A stretch of 64,000 nt of DNA, taken from positions 1,201,195 to 1,265,194 of the forward strand of contig JBEPZY010000001.1 of the NCBI GenBank assembly GCA_041640595.1. The letters run 5' to 3'. Numbering within the stretch: the stretch's first letter is position 1; each line of letters starts with the position of its first letter. Shown piece after piece: positions 1 through 11,131 of the stretch. A program made the position numbers and the translations under genes. Source of the stretch: Gemmatales bacterium (GTDB lineage: Bacteria > Planctomycetota > Planctomycetia > Gemmatales > HRBIN36). The notes below the pieces were generated by a model. It did not search any database and had not been told where the DNA came from. It worked only from the letters and a program-made list of their open reading frames with translations.

Positions 1-768
1 GACTGTCTCATTGCCGGTTATCGGCAAGGGGATAATTTGCTGACCATAACCACCGCCGTCGAAAATGACGTAATAGACTTTGCTGTTATAAGCGAGCACA
101 TCCACGGAAACTTCGGGATCCTGCAAAAATTTAGAAAGATGGCGTTCGATGGCGAGTTTAGCTTCGGCGAGGGTCATGCCGGCCACATAAACACTACCAT
201 AAGTGCCCAGGCCAATCGTGCCATCGGGCCGGACTAAGTGTTCGCCACGAATTTGCTGGAGTGCCCGCGATTCTGCCAAGCTCACGGTAACCCGCGGGTC
301 TTTGAGAATCCTGCGAAGGTAAGATTCGATGGTCTGGCGAGCTTCTTCGAGGGTCTGACCGGCAACGCGAACCGAACCGTAACTTGGACCGAGCAGAATT
401 GTCCCATCCGGGTCCACACGGTACAACCCTGCAATAGGTTCATCCGGCAGCGTGCCTAACACCTGTATGAACAGCACATCCAGAGGCTCGATGCGATAGG
501 GCGGCAACGGAATGACCCGTACCGCGTCAATCAGCAAAATGTCCGGCGGCTCGATTACGTAGCTGGGCAACGACACTTTTTGCAGCTCGCGCGGCAGGTC
601 GGGAAAAAACGGCTGGCTCATGCGAGTGTCAGCACAACCAACAAGCCACAGCGCTGCGCACATCAGGAGCGTTCCGGTTGCGCTTGGGCGCGACTGCAAC
701 CGAGATTTTCTCCCAGGCGCCACTGGAATCGCGCAGCTAGTCGGACTGAAGCAAGCTGGCCCCGTCAT
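1..768 (-). CDS. Polysaccharide export outer-membrane lipoprotein (Wza/Poly_export family), runs off the window start
   Basis: Hand translation (absent from the ORF track): GGAG then ATG at 768; lipobox-like ALWLVGC; PRELQKVSLPSYVIEPPDILLID, VDPDGTILLGPSYGSVRVAGQTLEEA and VRPDGTIGLGTYGSVYVAGMTLAEA (two Poly_export repeats); open to base 1. Confidence 0.9.
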   Translation of the reverse strand, partial: MTGPACFSPTSCAIPVAPGRKSRLQSRPSATGTLLMCAALWLVGCADTRMSQPFFPDLPRELQKVSLPSYVIEPPDILLIDAVRVIPLPPYRIEPLDVLFIQVLGTLPDEPIAGLYRVDPDGTILLGPSYGSVRVAGQTLEEARQTIESYLRRILKDPRVTVSLAESRALQQIRGEHLVRPDGTIGLGTYGSVYVAGMTLAEAKLAIERHLSKFLQDPEVSVDVLAYNSKVYYVIFDGGGYGQQIIPLPITGNETV

Positions 769-1533
769 GTCTCCCCGCGCAAAAAGCTGGCATGGATATA
801 ACCGGCTGGCCAGGAAATGCTAGTCCAGCTTTCACATCGCTAACGTTTGTGCAGCCGCAGTTTCGTTCAGTAAGCGGCCAGTCGAACCGCATCATGGAAG
901 CGATCGCTGGCGTTCGCTCAAAAGCAAGTTCAGCCAAAGTCAGCGTTGCCGCGGTTCGGCGAAAGCAGGTTATTGCGGTTTGTCCGATACAACTTCGGGA
1001 AGGGTCAGCAATTCGCCGCGAGGTAAGTGGGCGGGTTGGATGACCTCAGCTATTGGCAGGCAAAACAGGTCGCGTTACAAAGGCTGGAAATGCTCGCCCC
1101 AACCGAAACCATCTCTGTCTTCTATCCACCAGCGGCAGGTTCCATGAGCTCGAAATGCTTGCACAAGGCAAAGATGGCTGGACAAGTTTACAGTTTTCGG
1201 TCGGTCCTGGCCGTGTTTTTCAGCGAGGCTGTTGTTCGAGGACAGGGGGCGATAACTCACGTGCCAACCGGACATTGTGAAACGTTGCCGAGTCAAGATC
1301 ACCTGCCTACCGAGCCGAACAACTGGTCTCGTCAAGCCGATGGCTTTGTGATACAAGGGGCGAGCCGAATCGCTGACCCGCATCGCTCATAAGGCTTGCT
1401 GCTAAGGAAGTGCCCGGAAAAATTGGCAGCTTCGCGGCAAGGGCTGGTGAGCCCGCATAACCGCGTGAGGCAAACTACTTCGCCGGGGGTCAGCAAACTC
1501 GGTGTCGCCGCCAGGTGAGCGGCTAGCTAAACC

Positions 1534-3138
1534 ATGCGGGGCTGGCGGATCCGCCACAAACTGATTGCCGGGCTGACTCTCGTCGTCAGCTGCGTCGGGG
1601 TGTTACTGACTGGCACCCTGTGGGGGTTATTTTCGTATCGCGCCACGATGAAAAGCATTGATAGCAAACTTGCCGAACTGCGTACCGCCCAGGAAGTGCA
1701 AGAGGCGGTGATGGCCCTGGCGGCACTGGCGGAAACCGAACAGGCCGTCACCATCTCGGAATTTGCCCGACGGCTCGAACAAGCCCGACAAGCGTTAGCA
1801 GCTTACCAGCAGCAACTCGAATACAGCGTTGCCCTGGGTCGCGATCCGGATCGCGGCCAGGATGAACGCGATGTCGTGGATGCCTTCAGGGCACTGCTGG
1901 CAGAATTGGACCAGCTAATCGGGCAGACGGAACCGGCGGTGATGAGCGTGGGAGGGGGCGAAGTTCGGCCACTGCAGGAAAAAGCCCTGACCGTTTTGCA
2001 ACGGCTACGCCAGCTAGCTCCGGAACTGCGGGAGGTAATTCATAGCGATCTGAACCGACGTATCCATGCGGCCCGGCACGATTATCGAAATAGCCTGCTG
2101 GCCGTGTCGCTTGCTTCCGGCCTGGCCGTGTTGCTGGTCTTAGCGCTGGGCTTGCTGGCTTACCGCTGGATCATGGCACCCATTCGTGAATTGCACCAGA
2201 AAGTCATGCGATTGGCCCAGGGAAACTTCGACAGTCACATCTCGGTGCAGAGCCACGATGAAATGCGTGACCTGGCGCAGGCCTTCAATCACATGATAGA
2301 CCGCCTGCGGGAGATTTACCGCGACCTGGAACGCCAGGTTCAGGAACGCAGCCGACAACTGGTGCGTTCGGAACGCCTGGCAGGCATTGGTTTCCTTGCC
2401 GCAGGCGTAGCCCACGAAATCAATAATCCGCTGGCCAGTATCGCCTTTTGCTGCGAAGCTCTGGAAAGACGCCTGACCGACCTGCTGGGCGACAAACAGG
2501 ACCATCCTGATTACGCCACCGTTTTCCAGTACCTGCGGATGATGCAACAGGAGGCTTTCCGTTGCAAAAAGATCACGGAAAAGCTCCTGGAGTTCAGCCG
2601 CGTTGGTGAAAAGCATCGAGAAGTTACTGACCTGGCCGAACTCGTTCAATCGGTGCTGCAAATGGTGGAACACATGCCCCATCACAAAGGGAAAATCGTC
2701 CGCTTCGACATTCGCCATCGGCCGCGGGTGCTGGTGAACGCCCATGAAATCAAATCCGTGGTGCTCAACCTGGTGGTCAACGCCCTGGAAAGCATGGATG
2801 AAGGCGGGGAGCTGGTGATCACGCTGGACGCCGACCAGGACTGGGCAGTGATGACCTTCCGCGATACCGGTTGCGGCATGACACCCGAAGTGCTGGAAAA
2901 CATCTTTGAGCCGTTCTTCACCCGCAGCCGCACCGGTAAGGGAACGGGGTTGGGTCTATCCATCACGCACCACATTGTAACGCAGCATGGCGGAGAAATC
3001 GAAGCCCACAGCGATGGCCCCAACCGCGGCAGCACGTTTACCGTGCGATTGCCACTTCGTGCCTCATTGGCAACGGAACCAGCGCGCGAGCCGAAAGTAA
3101 CCAACTCACACTCGCCGCTCCTGGCTAAAGCGGCTTGA
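1534..3138 (+). CDS. Membrane HAMP-domain sensor histidine kinase
   Basis: Two TM segments, HAMP, H-box [12 protein letters not shown]-box NLVVNA, DTGCG, FEPFFT, GTGLGL. Confidence 0.95.
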   Translation: MRGWRIRHKLIAGLTLVVSCVGVLLTGTLWGLFSYRATMKSIDSKLAELRTAQEVQEAVMALAALAETEQAVTISEFARRLEQARQALAAYQQQLEYSVALGRDPDRGQDERDVVDAFRALLAELDQLIGQTEPAVMSVGGGEVRPLQEKALTVLQRLRQLAPELREVIHSDLNRRIHAARHDYRNSLLAVSLASGLAVLLVLALGLLAYRWIMAPIRELHQKVMRLAQGNFDSHISVQSHDEMRDLAQAFNHMIDRLREIYRDLERQVQERSRQLVRSERLAGIGFLAAGVAHEINNPLASIAFCCEALERRLTDLLGDKQDHPDYATVFQYLRMMQQEAFRCKKITEKLLEFSRVGEKHREVTDLAELVQSVLQMVEHMPHHKGKIVRFDIRHRPRVLVNAHEIKSVVLNLVVNALESMDEGGELVITLDADQDWAVMTFRDTGCGMTPEVLENIFEPFFTRSRTGKGTGLGLSITHHIVTQHGGEIEAHSDGPNRGSTFTVRLPLRASLATEPAREPKVTNSHSPLLAKAA

Positions 3139-3163
3139 GGATGAACCGGAGAGGAGGTCAGTA

Positions 3164-4573
3164 GTGCAGGCGACAGCAACGCGACGCTTGCGCGTGCTTT
3201 TTGCCGACGACGAACCCCACTTGCGAGAATTGCTCCAGACCGAATTGAGCCGCCTCGGACATTACGTTACGGTTTGTCCGGATGGCCCGAGTGCTCTCAA
3301 AGCCCTGGAAAAGGGGAGTTACGACGCGGCTATTCTGGATATTCGCATGCCCGGCATGAGCGGCCTGGAAGTGCTCATGCGGATGAAACAAATTGCACCC
3401 AATACCGAGGCGATTTTGCTGACCGGCCATGCCAGCCTGGAATCGGCGGTGGAAGCGTTGCGGCTGGGAGCGTTTGAATATATCACCAAGCCGTGCAAGC
3501 TGGCGGAAATCGAAGCGGTGTTACGCCGCATTGCCGAGAAAAAAGAACTCACCCTGCACAATCTCGCCTTGCAACGCCGCCTGCGCGCTGCCGAAGGGCC
3601 GACTGTGCTCATTGGCGAATCTCCGCCCATGCAGCAGGTGCGACGCCTGATTGCAACCATCGCCCCTACCGACGCCACGGTGCTGATTTTGGGAGAGACC
3701 GGCACCGGCAAGGAACTGGTGGCCCGCATCATCTACGAACAAAGCCGGCGTGCGGCTATGCCTTTTGTTCCGGTTAATTGTGGTGCTCTTTCGGAAAACC
3801 TGGTCGAGAGCGAACTCTTCGGACATCGCAAAGGCGCGTTCACCGGTGCCGACCGCGACCATAAGGGATTATTCGAGGTGGCCAACGGGGGTACCCTGTT
3901 TCTCGATGAAGTGGCAGAGTTGAGCAAGCACATCCAGGTGAAACTGTTACGCTTTCTGGAATCGGGCGAGATTCGCCGCGTCGGTGAAACTGAACCGTTT
4001 CGCACGGACGTGCGGGTGCTGTGTGCCACCAACCGAGACCTGCGGCAGATGGTGGAACGCGAGGAATTTCGTGAGGACCTTTACTTCCGCATCAACACTT
4101 TCGAGATTCATCTCCCACCGTTACGGGAGCGACGAGCGGATATTCCGGAGCTAGCCCGGCATCTTCTGGCGCGGGCAGCACGCAAACCGGTGGAACAGGT
4201 GGCGGAATTGCTGCGTCCAGAAACACTTGACGCCTTGCTGGAGCACGATTGGCCTGGCAATGTTCGCGAACTGGCCAACGCCATGGAGCATGCCTGGATC
4301 GTTTCCGGTGGCGGGATGATTACTCCCGATCACCTGCCGCGGCACGTCGTGGAACGTGCTGCCGGGGTCAGTCTGGCCACAGTTCGACAGCACGGTCCTG
4401 GAGAACCCCCGCAGCCACGCACCCTGCGCGAAGTGGAAATGGAACACGTGCTCCGCGTTCTGGAAAAACATGGCGGTAACAAACCCGCGGCCGCTGCTGA
4501 ACTCGGCATCAGTCTGAAAACACTTTACAATAAACTGCATCAGCTCGAGGCCGAGCGCAAACAGGCGGGCTAG
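3164..4573 (+). CDS. Sigma54-dependent response regulator (NtrC/AtoC family)
   Basis: Receiver domain (ADDE, LDIRMP), Walker [31 protein letters not shown]-terminal Fis HTH. Confidence 0.95.
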   Translation: MQATATRRLRVLFADDEPHLRELLQTELSRLGHYVTVCPDGPSALKALEKGSYDAAILDIRMPGMSGLEVLMRMKQIAPNTEAILLTGHASLESAVEALRLGAFEYITKPCKLAEIEAVLRRIAEKKELTLHNLALQRRLRAAEGPTVLIGESPPMQQVRRLIATIAPTDATVLILGETGTGKELVARIIYEQSRRAAMPFVPVNCGALSENLVESELFGHRKGAFTGADRDHKGLFEVANGGTLFLDEVAELSKHIQVKLLRFLESGEIRRVGETEPFRTDVRVLCATNRDLRQMVEREEFREDLYFRINTFEIHLPPLRERRADIPELARHLLARAARKPVEQVAELLRPETLDALLEHDWPGNVRELANAMEHAWIVSGGGMITPDHLPRHVVERAAGVSLATVRQHGPGEPPQPRTLREVEMEHVLRVLEKHGGNKPAAAAELGISLKTLYNKLHQLEAERKQAG

Positions 4574-4739
4574 CCCATTTCCATGGGGCTATCAACCTAA
4601 AAGTCTGCCCAGCAACGACGGCACATACACGGAGCATCTGTCCAGCCTGTACGCCTCATCGCTCTTTTTGAGGACAGAGCGGTCAAACTTTTCGGGTTAG
4701 AAGACCGGCCAGCGACGGGCAACATTTTCCACAGGATAC

Positions 4740-5186
4740 GTGGCCATGTCGAGCGAAGCTGTTAGCCGCACCACGCCGGCAACTGCTGGCCAGAATCGGG
4801 GCGAAGTATCAGCACGTCCACCGCGACGCTGGCGGGATAAGTTCGCCGATGCTTTCCGCGGTCTCAAGCTGGGAATCCGTGGGCAGTCCAGCTTTTTCGT
4901 ACATTTTTTCGTGGCCGCCGCTGCCCTGGCTGCTGCTTGGGTAATGGCCCTGGACTGGGTCAGCTGGTGCTTGCTGCTGTTATGTATCGGCATGGTTTTG
5001 ACAGCTGAGATGTTCAACAGCGCCCTGGAGACGTTTTGTCGCGGTCTGGACGAACCCAGCCGTAACCGTTGTGCCCCGGCTCTGGATATTGCCGCAGGGG
5101 CAGTGCTTTTAGCGGCGAGCACGGCAATTCTTGTCGGGGGAGCAATTTTTCTGGTTCGGCTGGCTGTTTTGCTGCACTGGTTCTAA
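4740..5186 (+). CDS. Prokaryotic diacylglycerol/undecaprenol kinase family membrane protein
   Basis: KFADAFRGL, AEMFNSALE, ALDIAAGAVL; three TM helices. Confidence 0.85.
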   Translation: MAMSSEAVSRTTPATAGQNRGEVSARPPRRWRDKFADAFRGLKLGIRGQSSFFVHFFVAAAALAAAWVMALDWVSWCLLLLCIGMVLTAEMFNSALETFCRGLDEPSRNRCAPALDIAAGAVLLAASTAILVGGAIFLVRLAVLLHWF

Positions 5187-5252
5187 AAGAGCCGCACCGT
5201 TGACTAAAATAATCGAGGCGAGGACGGAAACTCATCCTGGAGAGGGCTGCTT

Positions 5253-5975
5253 ATGCGCGTCCTGGTGGCTATTCCCGTATATAACGAAGAGCGGAACGTT
5301 GTGACGGTGTTGCGACAGGTTCGGGAATGGGTGAGCGAAATCCTGGTGGTCAATGACGGTTCGACCGATGGCACAGCCGATTTGCTGGCCCGGGAAAAAG
5401 ACCTGCATTTGATCACACACCGGCAGAATCGGGGTTACGGAGCGGCGATCCGCTCGGCCATGGCGTTTGCCCTGGCGCATCGTTACGAGGTGCTGGTGAC
5501 CATGGACTGCGATGGCCAGCACGAACCGCACCGGATTCCCGTGTTGCTGGAAGCCCTCAGCGAGGAAATCGAGCTGGTCTCCGGCTCACGTTACCTGCGC
5601 CGTTTTCATCATGACGACGAACCGCCACACGACCGCAGACACATCAATCAAGTCATCACCCAGGAGCTCAACCAGCGACTTGGTTTGCAAATCACGGATG
5701 CTTTTTGCGGTTTCAAAGCCTATCGGGTGCGTGCGCTCAAAGACCTGGACCTCGACGAAGATGGCTGGGGCATGCCTTTGCAACTGTGGGTACAGGCAGC
5801 GTTTTTAGGCTGGCGAATCCGCGAAGTGGCTGTCCCGCGCCTCTACCTTGACCCCCATCGAGCTTTTGGCGGTACGTTGAACGATCCCGAGGTGCGGCTG
5901 GCTTATTATCGCAGTGTCCTCGAACGGGAACTAACCCGCTGTCTCATTGGCTGGCGGGGAGGCTACCGCGGATGA
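5253..5975 (+). CDS. Glycosyltransferase family 2 (DPM1-like)
   Basis: IPVYNEE, VNDGSTDGT, NRGYGAA, MDCDGQH, DAFCGFKAY. Confidence 0.92.
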   Translation: MRVLVAIPVYNEERNVVTVLRQVREWVSEILVVNDGSTDGTADLLAREKDLHLITHRQNRGYGAAIRSAMAFALAHRYEVLVTMDCDGQHEPHRIPVLLEALSEEIELVSGSRYLRRFHHDDEPPHDRRHINQVITQELNQRLGLQITDAFCGFKAYRVRALKDLDLDEDGWGMPLQLWVQAAFLGWRIREVAVPRLYLDPHRAFGGTLNDPEVRLAYYRSVLERELTRCLIGWRGGYRG

Positions 5976-7675
5976 ATGCCGCCAGATGGCATGCCCCGCA
6001 GGAAGACGGTGGCACACTCATCGAACCACCACCGTCCAACTGGCCTGAATGTGTAAAGACCAACGCCGAGTGTTTCCGGACAATCGAGACGCGATTCTGT
6101 GGCATTTCGTTGGCCGATTGGCGCAGCGAACTGCGCACCCTGGTTGCGCAATTGGCAAGTGTTCAGCTTCAGCGCTGGGGCGAAAATGTCCGCTGGCCCG
6201 AGGGAGGATTTCTGGTAACCGGCCATCAACCGGAATTGTTCCATCCCGGCGTCTGGGCCAAGTGCTTTGCCCTTGCCGAGGCTGCACCAAAAATCGGATT
6301 AGTCCCACTGAATTTGATCGCCGACCACGACCAGCCGAAGCCTCTGGCCATTCGTGTCCCAGTCCGCAATGAACGGGGGCTGACTACGGAGTGGGTTCCG
6401 TTCTGCGATGCCAGCCCTGCCCTGGCATGGGAAGAATACGCTGTTAGCTGGGGACAGGAATACTCGTTACCAACACTGCAGGCACAACTTCAATCGAGCC
6501 CGCCTATCCCCACACAGTCGGCACCAAACTTGTGTTCGGAAGAACGTTTTCAAAATTTCCCCAAACAGGTCGTGCGAATATGTGGTGATTTGTTACCGGA
6601 GATGATTCTGCCGGACTTCTGGTCGTTAGCGATGGAGCTAGCGGCGCGACTCAATCCCCCGGCCTGCCTCGCGGAGACTTTGTCCGGAGCCAGAAGGCTC
6701 TGGGAACAGCGCTGGGGTTATCACAACGCCGAATTGCGAGTCTCGGCCCTGTCAGATACGGAACCGTTTCATGCGTTTGTCGTCACGTTGCTCGATCAAT
6801 TGCCGAGCTTTGTCCAGCAACACAACGCCGAACTGTACGCTTTTCGACGCGAGAACCGTCTGCGCAGTCGCACCCATCCGGTGCCTCCATTGCGGAGCGC
6901 TGAGGGTTGGTGCGAATCTCCTTTCTGGGCGTGGACGCGTGGCCAACCGCGACGACCGTTATGGTGGTCTGCTCGGAACGATGGCTGGCAATTGCGTTTG
7001 GGGGAAGCCGGCCCAATTCTTCACGTCCGCGCCGTTCGACGTCGGGAAGATTTATCAGTCTGGCGGCAGGCACTTCAGCAGGCCGGGTGGAAAATTCGTC
7101 CCCGCGCACTGACCCTGACACTTTTCGTCCGCCTTTTCCTTGCTGAGCTGTTTGTGCACGGCATCGGTGGAGCAATTTACGACCGGTTTACCGACCGACT
7201 ACTATGGCGTGTGTGGGGAATCAAGCCGCCGCACTACACGGTGGTTTCGGCAACGTTGCGGTTACCATTGCCGCGTCCGGCAGTACCCTCGTGGAACCGT
7301 GCGGAGTTATTACAGCGTGTGCGCGATTGCCAGTTTAACCCCGACCGCGTCTTACCACCGCAAGCCCTGGCGCTACCGCAAGTGCAATCGCTGGTAGCGC
7401 GCAAACGAGCTCTTCTGCAGCAATGGGCTGAGGCTAGCCGAGAGCAACGACCGGTCCTGCATCGGCAGCTTGCAGAAATCCGCGAGGCTTTGCGGCCTAT
7501 GACGCGGCAGGTCGAGGCAGAGCTACGCCAGCGACTCAATATGCTCGCCCATTATCAGGCACAATCGGCTCTGGTAACGGCTCGCGACTGGGCTTTCGTC
7601 TTATACAGTGACAGCGCGTTGACACACCTGGTGGAAATCGTCCGGCAAAAATTCTCGGTGTTGCGAGGCGTTTGA
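5972..7675 (+). CDS. Conserved hypothetical protein, distant BshC (bacillithiol cysteine-adding enzyme)-like
   Basis: VTGHQPELFHPGVWAK, LNLIADHD and FVHGIGGAIYD resemble the BshC motifs VxGQQ, GEDHD and GPGExxY; C-terminal coiled coil; ATGA overlap with the GT2. Confidence 0.55.
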   Translation: MNAARWHAPQEDGGTLIEPPPSNWPECVKTNAECFRTIETRFCGISLADWRSELRTLVAQLASVQLQRWGENVRWPEGGFLVTGHQPELFHPGVWAKCFALAEAAPKIGLVPLNLIADHDQPKPLAIRVPVRNERGLTTEWVPFCDASPALAWEEYAVSWGQEYSLPTLQAQLQSSPPIPTQSAPNLCSEERFQNFPKQVVRICGDLLPEMILPDFWSLAMELAARLNPPACLAETLSGARRLWEQRWGYHNAELRVSALSDTEPFHAFVVTLLDQLPSFVQQHNAELYAFRRENRLRSRTHPVPPLRSAEGWCESPFWAWTRGQPRRPLWWSARNDGWQLRLGEAGPILHVRAVRRREDLSVWRQALQQAGWKIRPRALTLTLFVRLFLAELFVHGIGGAIYDRFTDRLLWRVWGIKPPHYTVVSATLRLPLPRPAVPSWNRAELLQRVRDCQFNPDRVLPPQALALPQVQSLVARKRALLQQWAEASREQRPVLHRQLAEIREALRPMTRQVEAELRQRLNMLAHYQAQSALVTARDWAFVLYSDSALTHLVEIVRQKFSVLRGV

Positions 7676-7695
7676 ACCCATAGCGGTTCACCGGA

Positions 7696-9951
7696 CTAGG
7701 CCGCTTGGCTGTGCGACCAGCAACAGGAGGACGCCTTGCCCACTGCATTCAAGGTACGTTTACGCTCCGCCACTTCGTAAAAGATATCGAGCAGAGCCCG
7801 GTACAAATGATCCATCGTCCAGTCTGCGGCAGCACGACGAGCATGCAGGGAACATTGCCGGCGGATATCTGGTTGGGAGAGCAAATCCAGATACTCCGCC
7901 AGTCTCCAGTAATCATGCGGGTCATCCAGCACGAAACCGTTCAGCGGCGGGGTCAACAATTCGGCGGCGCCGTTGTAGCAGGTGGTGATGACGGGCAAAC
8001 CGCAGGCCAGGGCTTCCATGACTACCAGCGAACAGGGATCGTAAAAGGTGGGATGCACGACAAAATCCGCAGCGAAGAAGCAGCGTCGCACGTCCGCTTG
8101 GTAGCCGAGAAAATGTACCTGTTCACTCACGCCCAACCGGTGAGCAAGTTGTCGGTAAGCGACATCCTTCCGACTGCCGCAAACCAGCAACCGCAATGGT
8201 TTGCCGCGAAGAACCTGCATGGCCTGGAGAAGTGTCCCCAGCCCTTTGAGGGGATAGTTGTGGCCGACGAACAACGCCACCGGGACATCGGGGGCGATGC
8301 CCAGGCGTTGCCGCATTTCCTGCCGCAGATTTTCCCGCTGGTCCTCGGCGAATCGCTGAGGATCAATGGCGGCATGCAAAACACGAATTTGGTCGGCAGG
8401 AAGATGGTAATAGCGTTGACAATGGCGTTTGACCATATCGCTTACCGCGATGATCAACGGTCGGCGTCCGCGACAAAACTGTTTGCGCTCCAGCAGTAAA
8501 TACGACCAGTAGCAGATGTCCAGCATGCGCCACACTCGAGCTATCCCCCGTCGCCACCAACTGCGATAGCGCAGGATGTTGTGGTCGGCGTTGGCCACAT
8601 GCAAACCGCCTCCGAGAATGATTACGTCCTGGTGCCAGGTTTTGACAAAGCCGACCGTAACGTCAAAATGCTGTTGTCGCAGGGCATCTTCGCAGGATTG
8701 TGCGAAATACCACGGCCGCAAAAACCGCGGCATCCACCGCATCGGCAAACGGTGGAAAATGAGGCTGTCTGGCAAAGCCTCCGCATCCCGCTGCCAGGCA
8801 AAGAGGTGAACCTCGTGACCGTCTCGTATCAGTCGGCGAATCAGATCCACGATAAAGACTTCCATGCCCCCACGGGCCGGATACACTTTGTCGTAACACA
8901 GCGCAATCCGCAGCGGTACTGGATGGCAGGGCAGAATGGACGAAGAACTGTTCCCGCTACTCCAGACACGAAGGCCTGCCGCCCGACCTCCACTGCTCTC
9001 CGACGGCGTTTCGATTGTTGGCGTGGACGGTTGGTCAGATCGTGATGAACTCGTTGTCGCCTCAGTATGTATCCACCAGTTTCGCTTGGATTGTACACCG
9101 GCGTGATGGGCATTTTGCCGGCGATAGCGTTCGGCTTTGCGCAGGACTCGACGCAATAGGCGCAGGTCGCATGGGTTTAGCTGGTCGCGATTCAGGTAGG
9201 AGCGGAAGAAGATCATCCAGTCGTCCGGCTCCAGGCCCGGTACGGACATGGAGAATGCTAATTGTGCTAAATCCTTGGTTCGCCAGCGCCAAACGAGCCA
9301 GTTATGCTGTCGCATCCGGTGCAGGTCAATCAGATAGATCCGGTCGCGCAATTCTGCATCGGGGCGCAAACACTCAGCGGGCAGGAAAAAGTGGCACAGG
9401 TACAAATCCTTGTGGAATCGTTGGGCAGCATGTAAGCGACGCACCAGCTGACCCAGATGCTGGAGCAAGCACGTTTTCCAGTGCTGAAACTCCTGCGGAG
9501 TAAGCATTCGCCAGGCAAGCGGTATAGCCTGGTGCAACGGAAGCATGTCTTGGAGCTCGCGCACCGCCAGGAAACTTTGCAGACGCAAGCCCGGTCCAAA
9601 ATGTTCTCCTGCGGCCAGGGCTTCAGGGACAGCCAATCCCGCTGCTTTCGCCCATTGCAGGTTTCGCCATTCCTGCATGGCACTGGATTCCCCGAACCCA
9701 CATAACACCGTCAGACGCTGCCACAACGGTAACCAGTAGTGGCGTTTCAAAAAAAGAGTCAATTGACCGTCGGGGCCGCTCACGGTCAACTTCCCCACCG
9801 AACGCCCTTGCTTGGAACTGGCGATTTCCTGCACCGACCACCGCAGCACATCTTGCACGGCAGCCTCGCCGAAGTAGCGCCGCCAGGTCGGTGTGCTTTC
9901 CACCACGACTTTTCCTCGCCGCCAGCGTTGCCACCATGCATACCAGCTCAT
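7696..9951 (-). CDS. Fusion of WaaP-like LPS core kinase (N-terminal) and WaaG-like GT4 glycosyltransferase (C-terminal)
   Basis: LKRHYW, FHKDLYLCHFF, IDLHR, WRTKDLAQL, then an S/T/P-rich linker, then YPARGGME, FVGHNYPLKGL, YDPCSLVVMEALACGLPVIT; start taken at MSWYAW (uncertain). Confidence 0.85.
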   Translation of the reverse strand: MSWYAWWQRWRRGKVVVESTPTWRRYFGEAAVQDVLRWSVQEIASSKQGRSVGKLTVSGPDGQLTLFLKRHYWLPLWQRLTVLCGFGESSAMQEWRNLQWAKAAGLAVPEALAAGEHFGPGLRLQSFLAVRELQDMLPLHQAIPLAWRMLTPQEFQHWKTCLLQHLGQLVRRLHAAQRFHKDLYLCHFFLPAECLRPDAELRDRIYLIDLHRMRQHNWLVWRWRTKDLAQLAFSMSVPGLEPDDWMIFFRSYLNRDQLNPCDLRLLRRVLRKAERYRRQNAHHAGVQSKRNWWIHTEATTSSSRSDQPSTPTIETPSESSGGRAAGLRVWSSGNSSSSILPCHPVPLRIALCYDKVYPARGGMEVFIVDLIRRLIRDGHEVHLFAWQRDAEALPDSLIFHRLPMRWMPRFLRPWYFAQSCEDALRQQHFDVTVGFVKTWHQDVIILGGGLHVANADHNILRYRSWWRRGIARVWRMLDICYWSYLLLERKQFCRGRRPLIIAVSDMVKRHCQRYYHLPADQIRVLHAAIDPQRFAEDQRENLRQEMRQRLGIAPDVPVALFVGHNYPLKGLGTLLQAMQVLRGKPLRLLVCGSRKDVAYRQLAHRLGVSEQVHFLGYQADVRRCFFAADFVVHPTFYDPCSLVVMEALACGLPVITTCYNGAAELLTPPLNGFVLDDPHDYWRLAEYLDLLSQPDIRRQCSLHARRAAADWTMDHLYRALLDIFYEVAERKRTLNAVGKASSCCWSHSQAA

Positions 9952-10052
9952 CCTGGTCTCCGGTTCTTCCGTAAAATCTTCGCTCAGCCAGTCTCTCGAA
10001 TCGCCCGAGGTCACGCAGCTAGCCAACTTGCGCTGTGGCAAGTTTCAGACAA

Positions 10053-10892
10053 TCACGCGTCAGCATAAAGGAGGCAATCCTGGAGAGCTACCTGCCAGCG
10101 CCGCTTGCGTACCACCGTTTCACGGCAACGCTCAGCTTCGCGCCGCACAGCTTTCCACAAAGGCAGACACCGGGCGCCAGTCGGTTGTAGTCGGTCTCCT
10201 CGTAGTTGGCCGGCGGTCAAACGCCCCAGATAGGTTTCCAGGAACTCCCGAAATTCCCCTGCTCTAGCCTGCCCTTGCGGCAGGGACGAAGCCAGTTTGG
10301 CCAGTTCGCGGATGCGTTCGGGCCAAGGGACGAACTTGTCCTGCCAGGAGCGAGCCAAATCGAGTACACCGATTTCCTGGTCAGTTAACCGCACGTAAAT
10401 GTGCCAGGCATACAGATCGGGGTGGGCCAACCCGGCTCCGTGAAACTTAGCGAGCCAACTGGCCAATCGTTTCAATAGGCCTTGCCATTCCTCGGTAGAG
10501 GCTCCAATAGCGTATTTGTCCAGTGGTACGCAATCCTGAAGTTCGGCAGTCAGCAAAAAGCCCTGCGAGCCGCGCTGCCCACAAGCCAGCACTGTTGGCA
10601 CCAGAAAACCCGCCGCCTGTGCTCGGCGTAACATCCGCCATTCACGAACCGATTTGCCTACTGGTCCAAAACCATCCCACCAGTTGCGGAATTTTTCCTT
10701 GGCAGCAATGCGAAATTCTCGTTTCAGATACGCCGTCAATGGCCCCAAGCGCAGGCGTGTTACACTACGGCTACCGTTTTGCCGACGCCGCACCACCACA
10801 CCTTGGCTCACCTTCAAAAAATCATCGAAGCGCAGCAGATTTTGTTCCTGCAGCAGGGTCAGGTAACCAGGATGCCGCCACAGCAATTCCAT
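10053..10892 (-). CDS. Lipopolysaccharide kinase (Kdo/WaaP family)
   Basis: AYLKRE, REWRML, HPDLYAWHIY, VLDLAR; sits in the LPS operon. Confidence 0.85.
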   Translation of the reverse strand: MELLWRHPGYLTLLQEQNLLRFDDFLKVSQGVVVRRRQNGSRSVTRLRLGPLTAYLKREFRIAAKEKFRNWWDGFGPVGKSVREWRMLRRAQAAGFLVPTVLACGQRGSQGFLLTAELQDCVPLDKYAIGASTEEWQGLLKRLASWLAKFHGAGLAHPDLYAWHIYVRLTDQEIGVLDLARSWQDKFVPWPERIRELAKLASSLPQGQARAGEFREFLETYLGRLTAGQLRGDRLQPTGARCLPLWKAVRREAERCRETVVRKRRWQVALQDCLLYADA

Positions 10893-10952
10893 CGGCTCGC
10901 CTCCGTGCTCGAAAAGACCTAATAATTGGCAATTGGGAAACAGCACTCGGCT

Positions 10953-11064
10953 CGCTTCCGTGCTTTCGCTGTAATCAAGGATGATAAGGCCTCGGGGCGG
11001 GCAAATCTCGCAGTGGGGTTAGACCACCGCTTCCGTGCTTTCGCTGTAATCGAGGATGATCAGG
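10953..11064. repeat. 37-bp direct repeat pair around a 38-bp unique segment
   Basis: CGCTTCCGTGCTTTCGCTGTAATCRAGGATGATMAGG at 10953-10989 and 11028-11064, 2 mismatches. Confidence 0.95.
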
Positions 11065-11131
11065 AGAGGCCTGCCATCGCCTTATGGAAGCTGGTGCTTT
11101 CACGATGCGCTTGCGAATCCGTGATCGGGAA

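Noticed and set aside
1252..1267. Sigma54 promoter for the wza-like gene
   Set aside because: TGGCACG is present on the minus strand but -12 reads TTAT rather than TTGC
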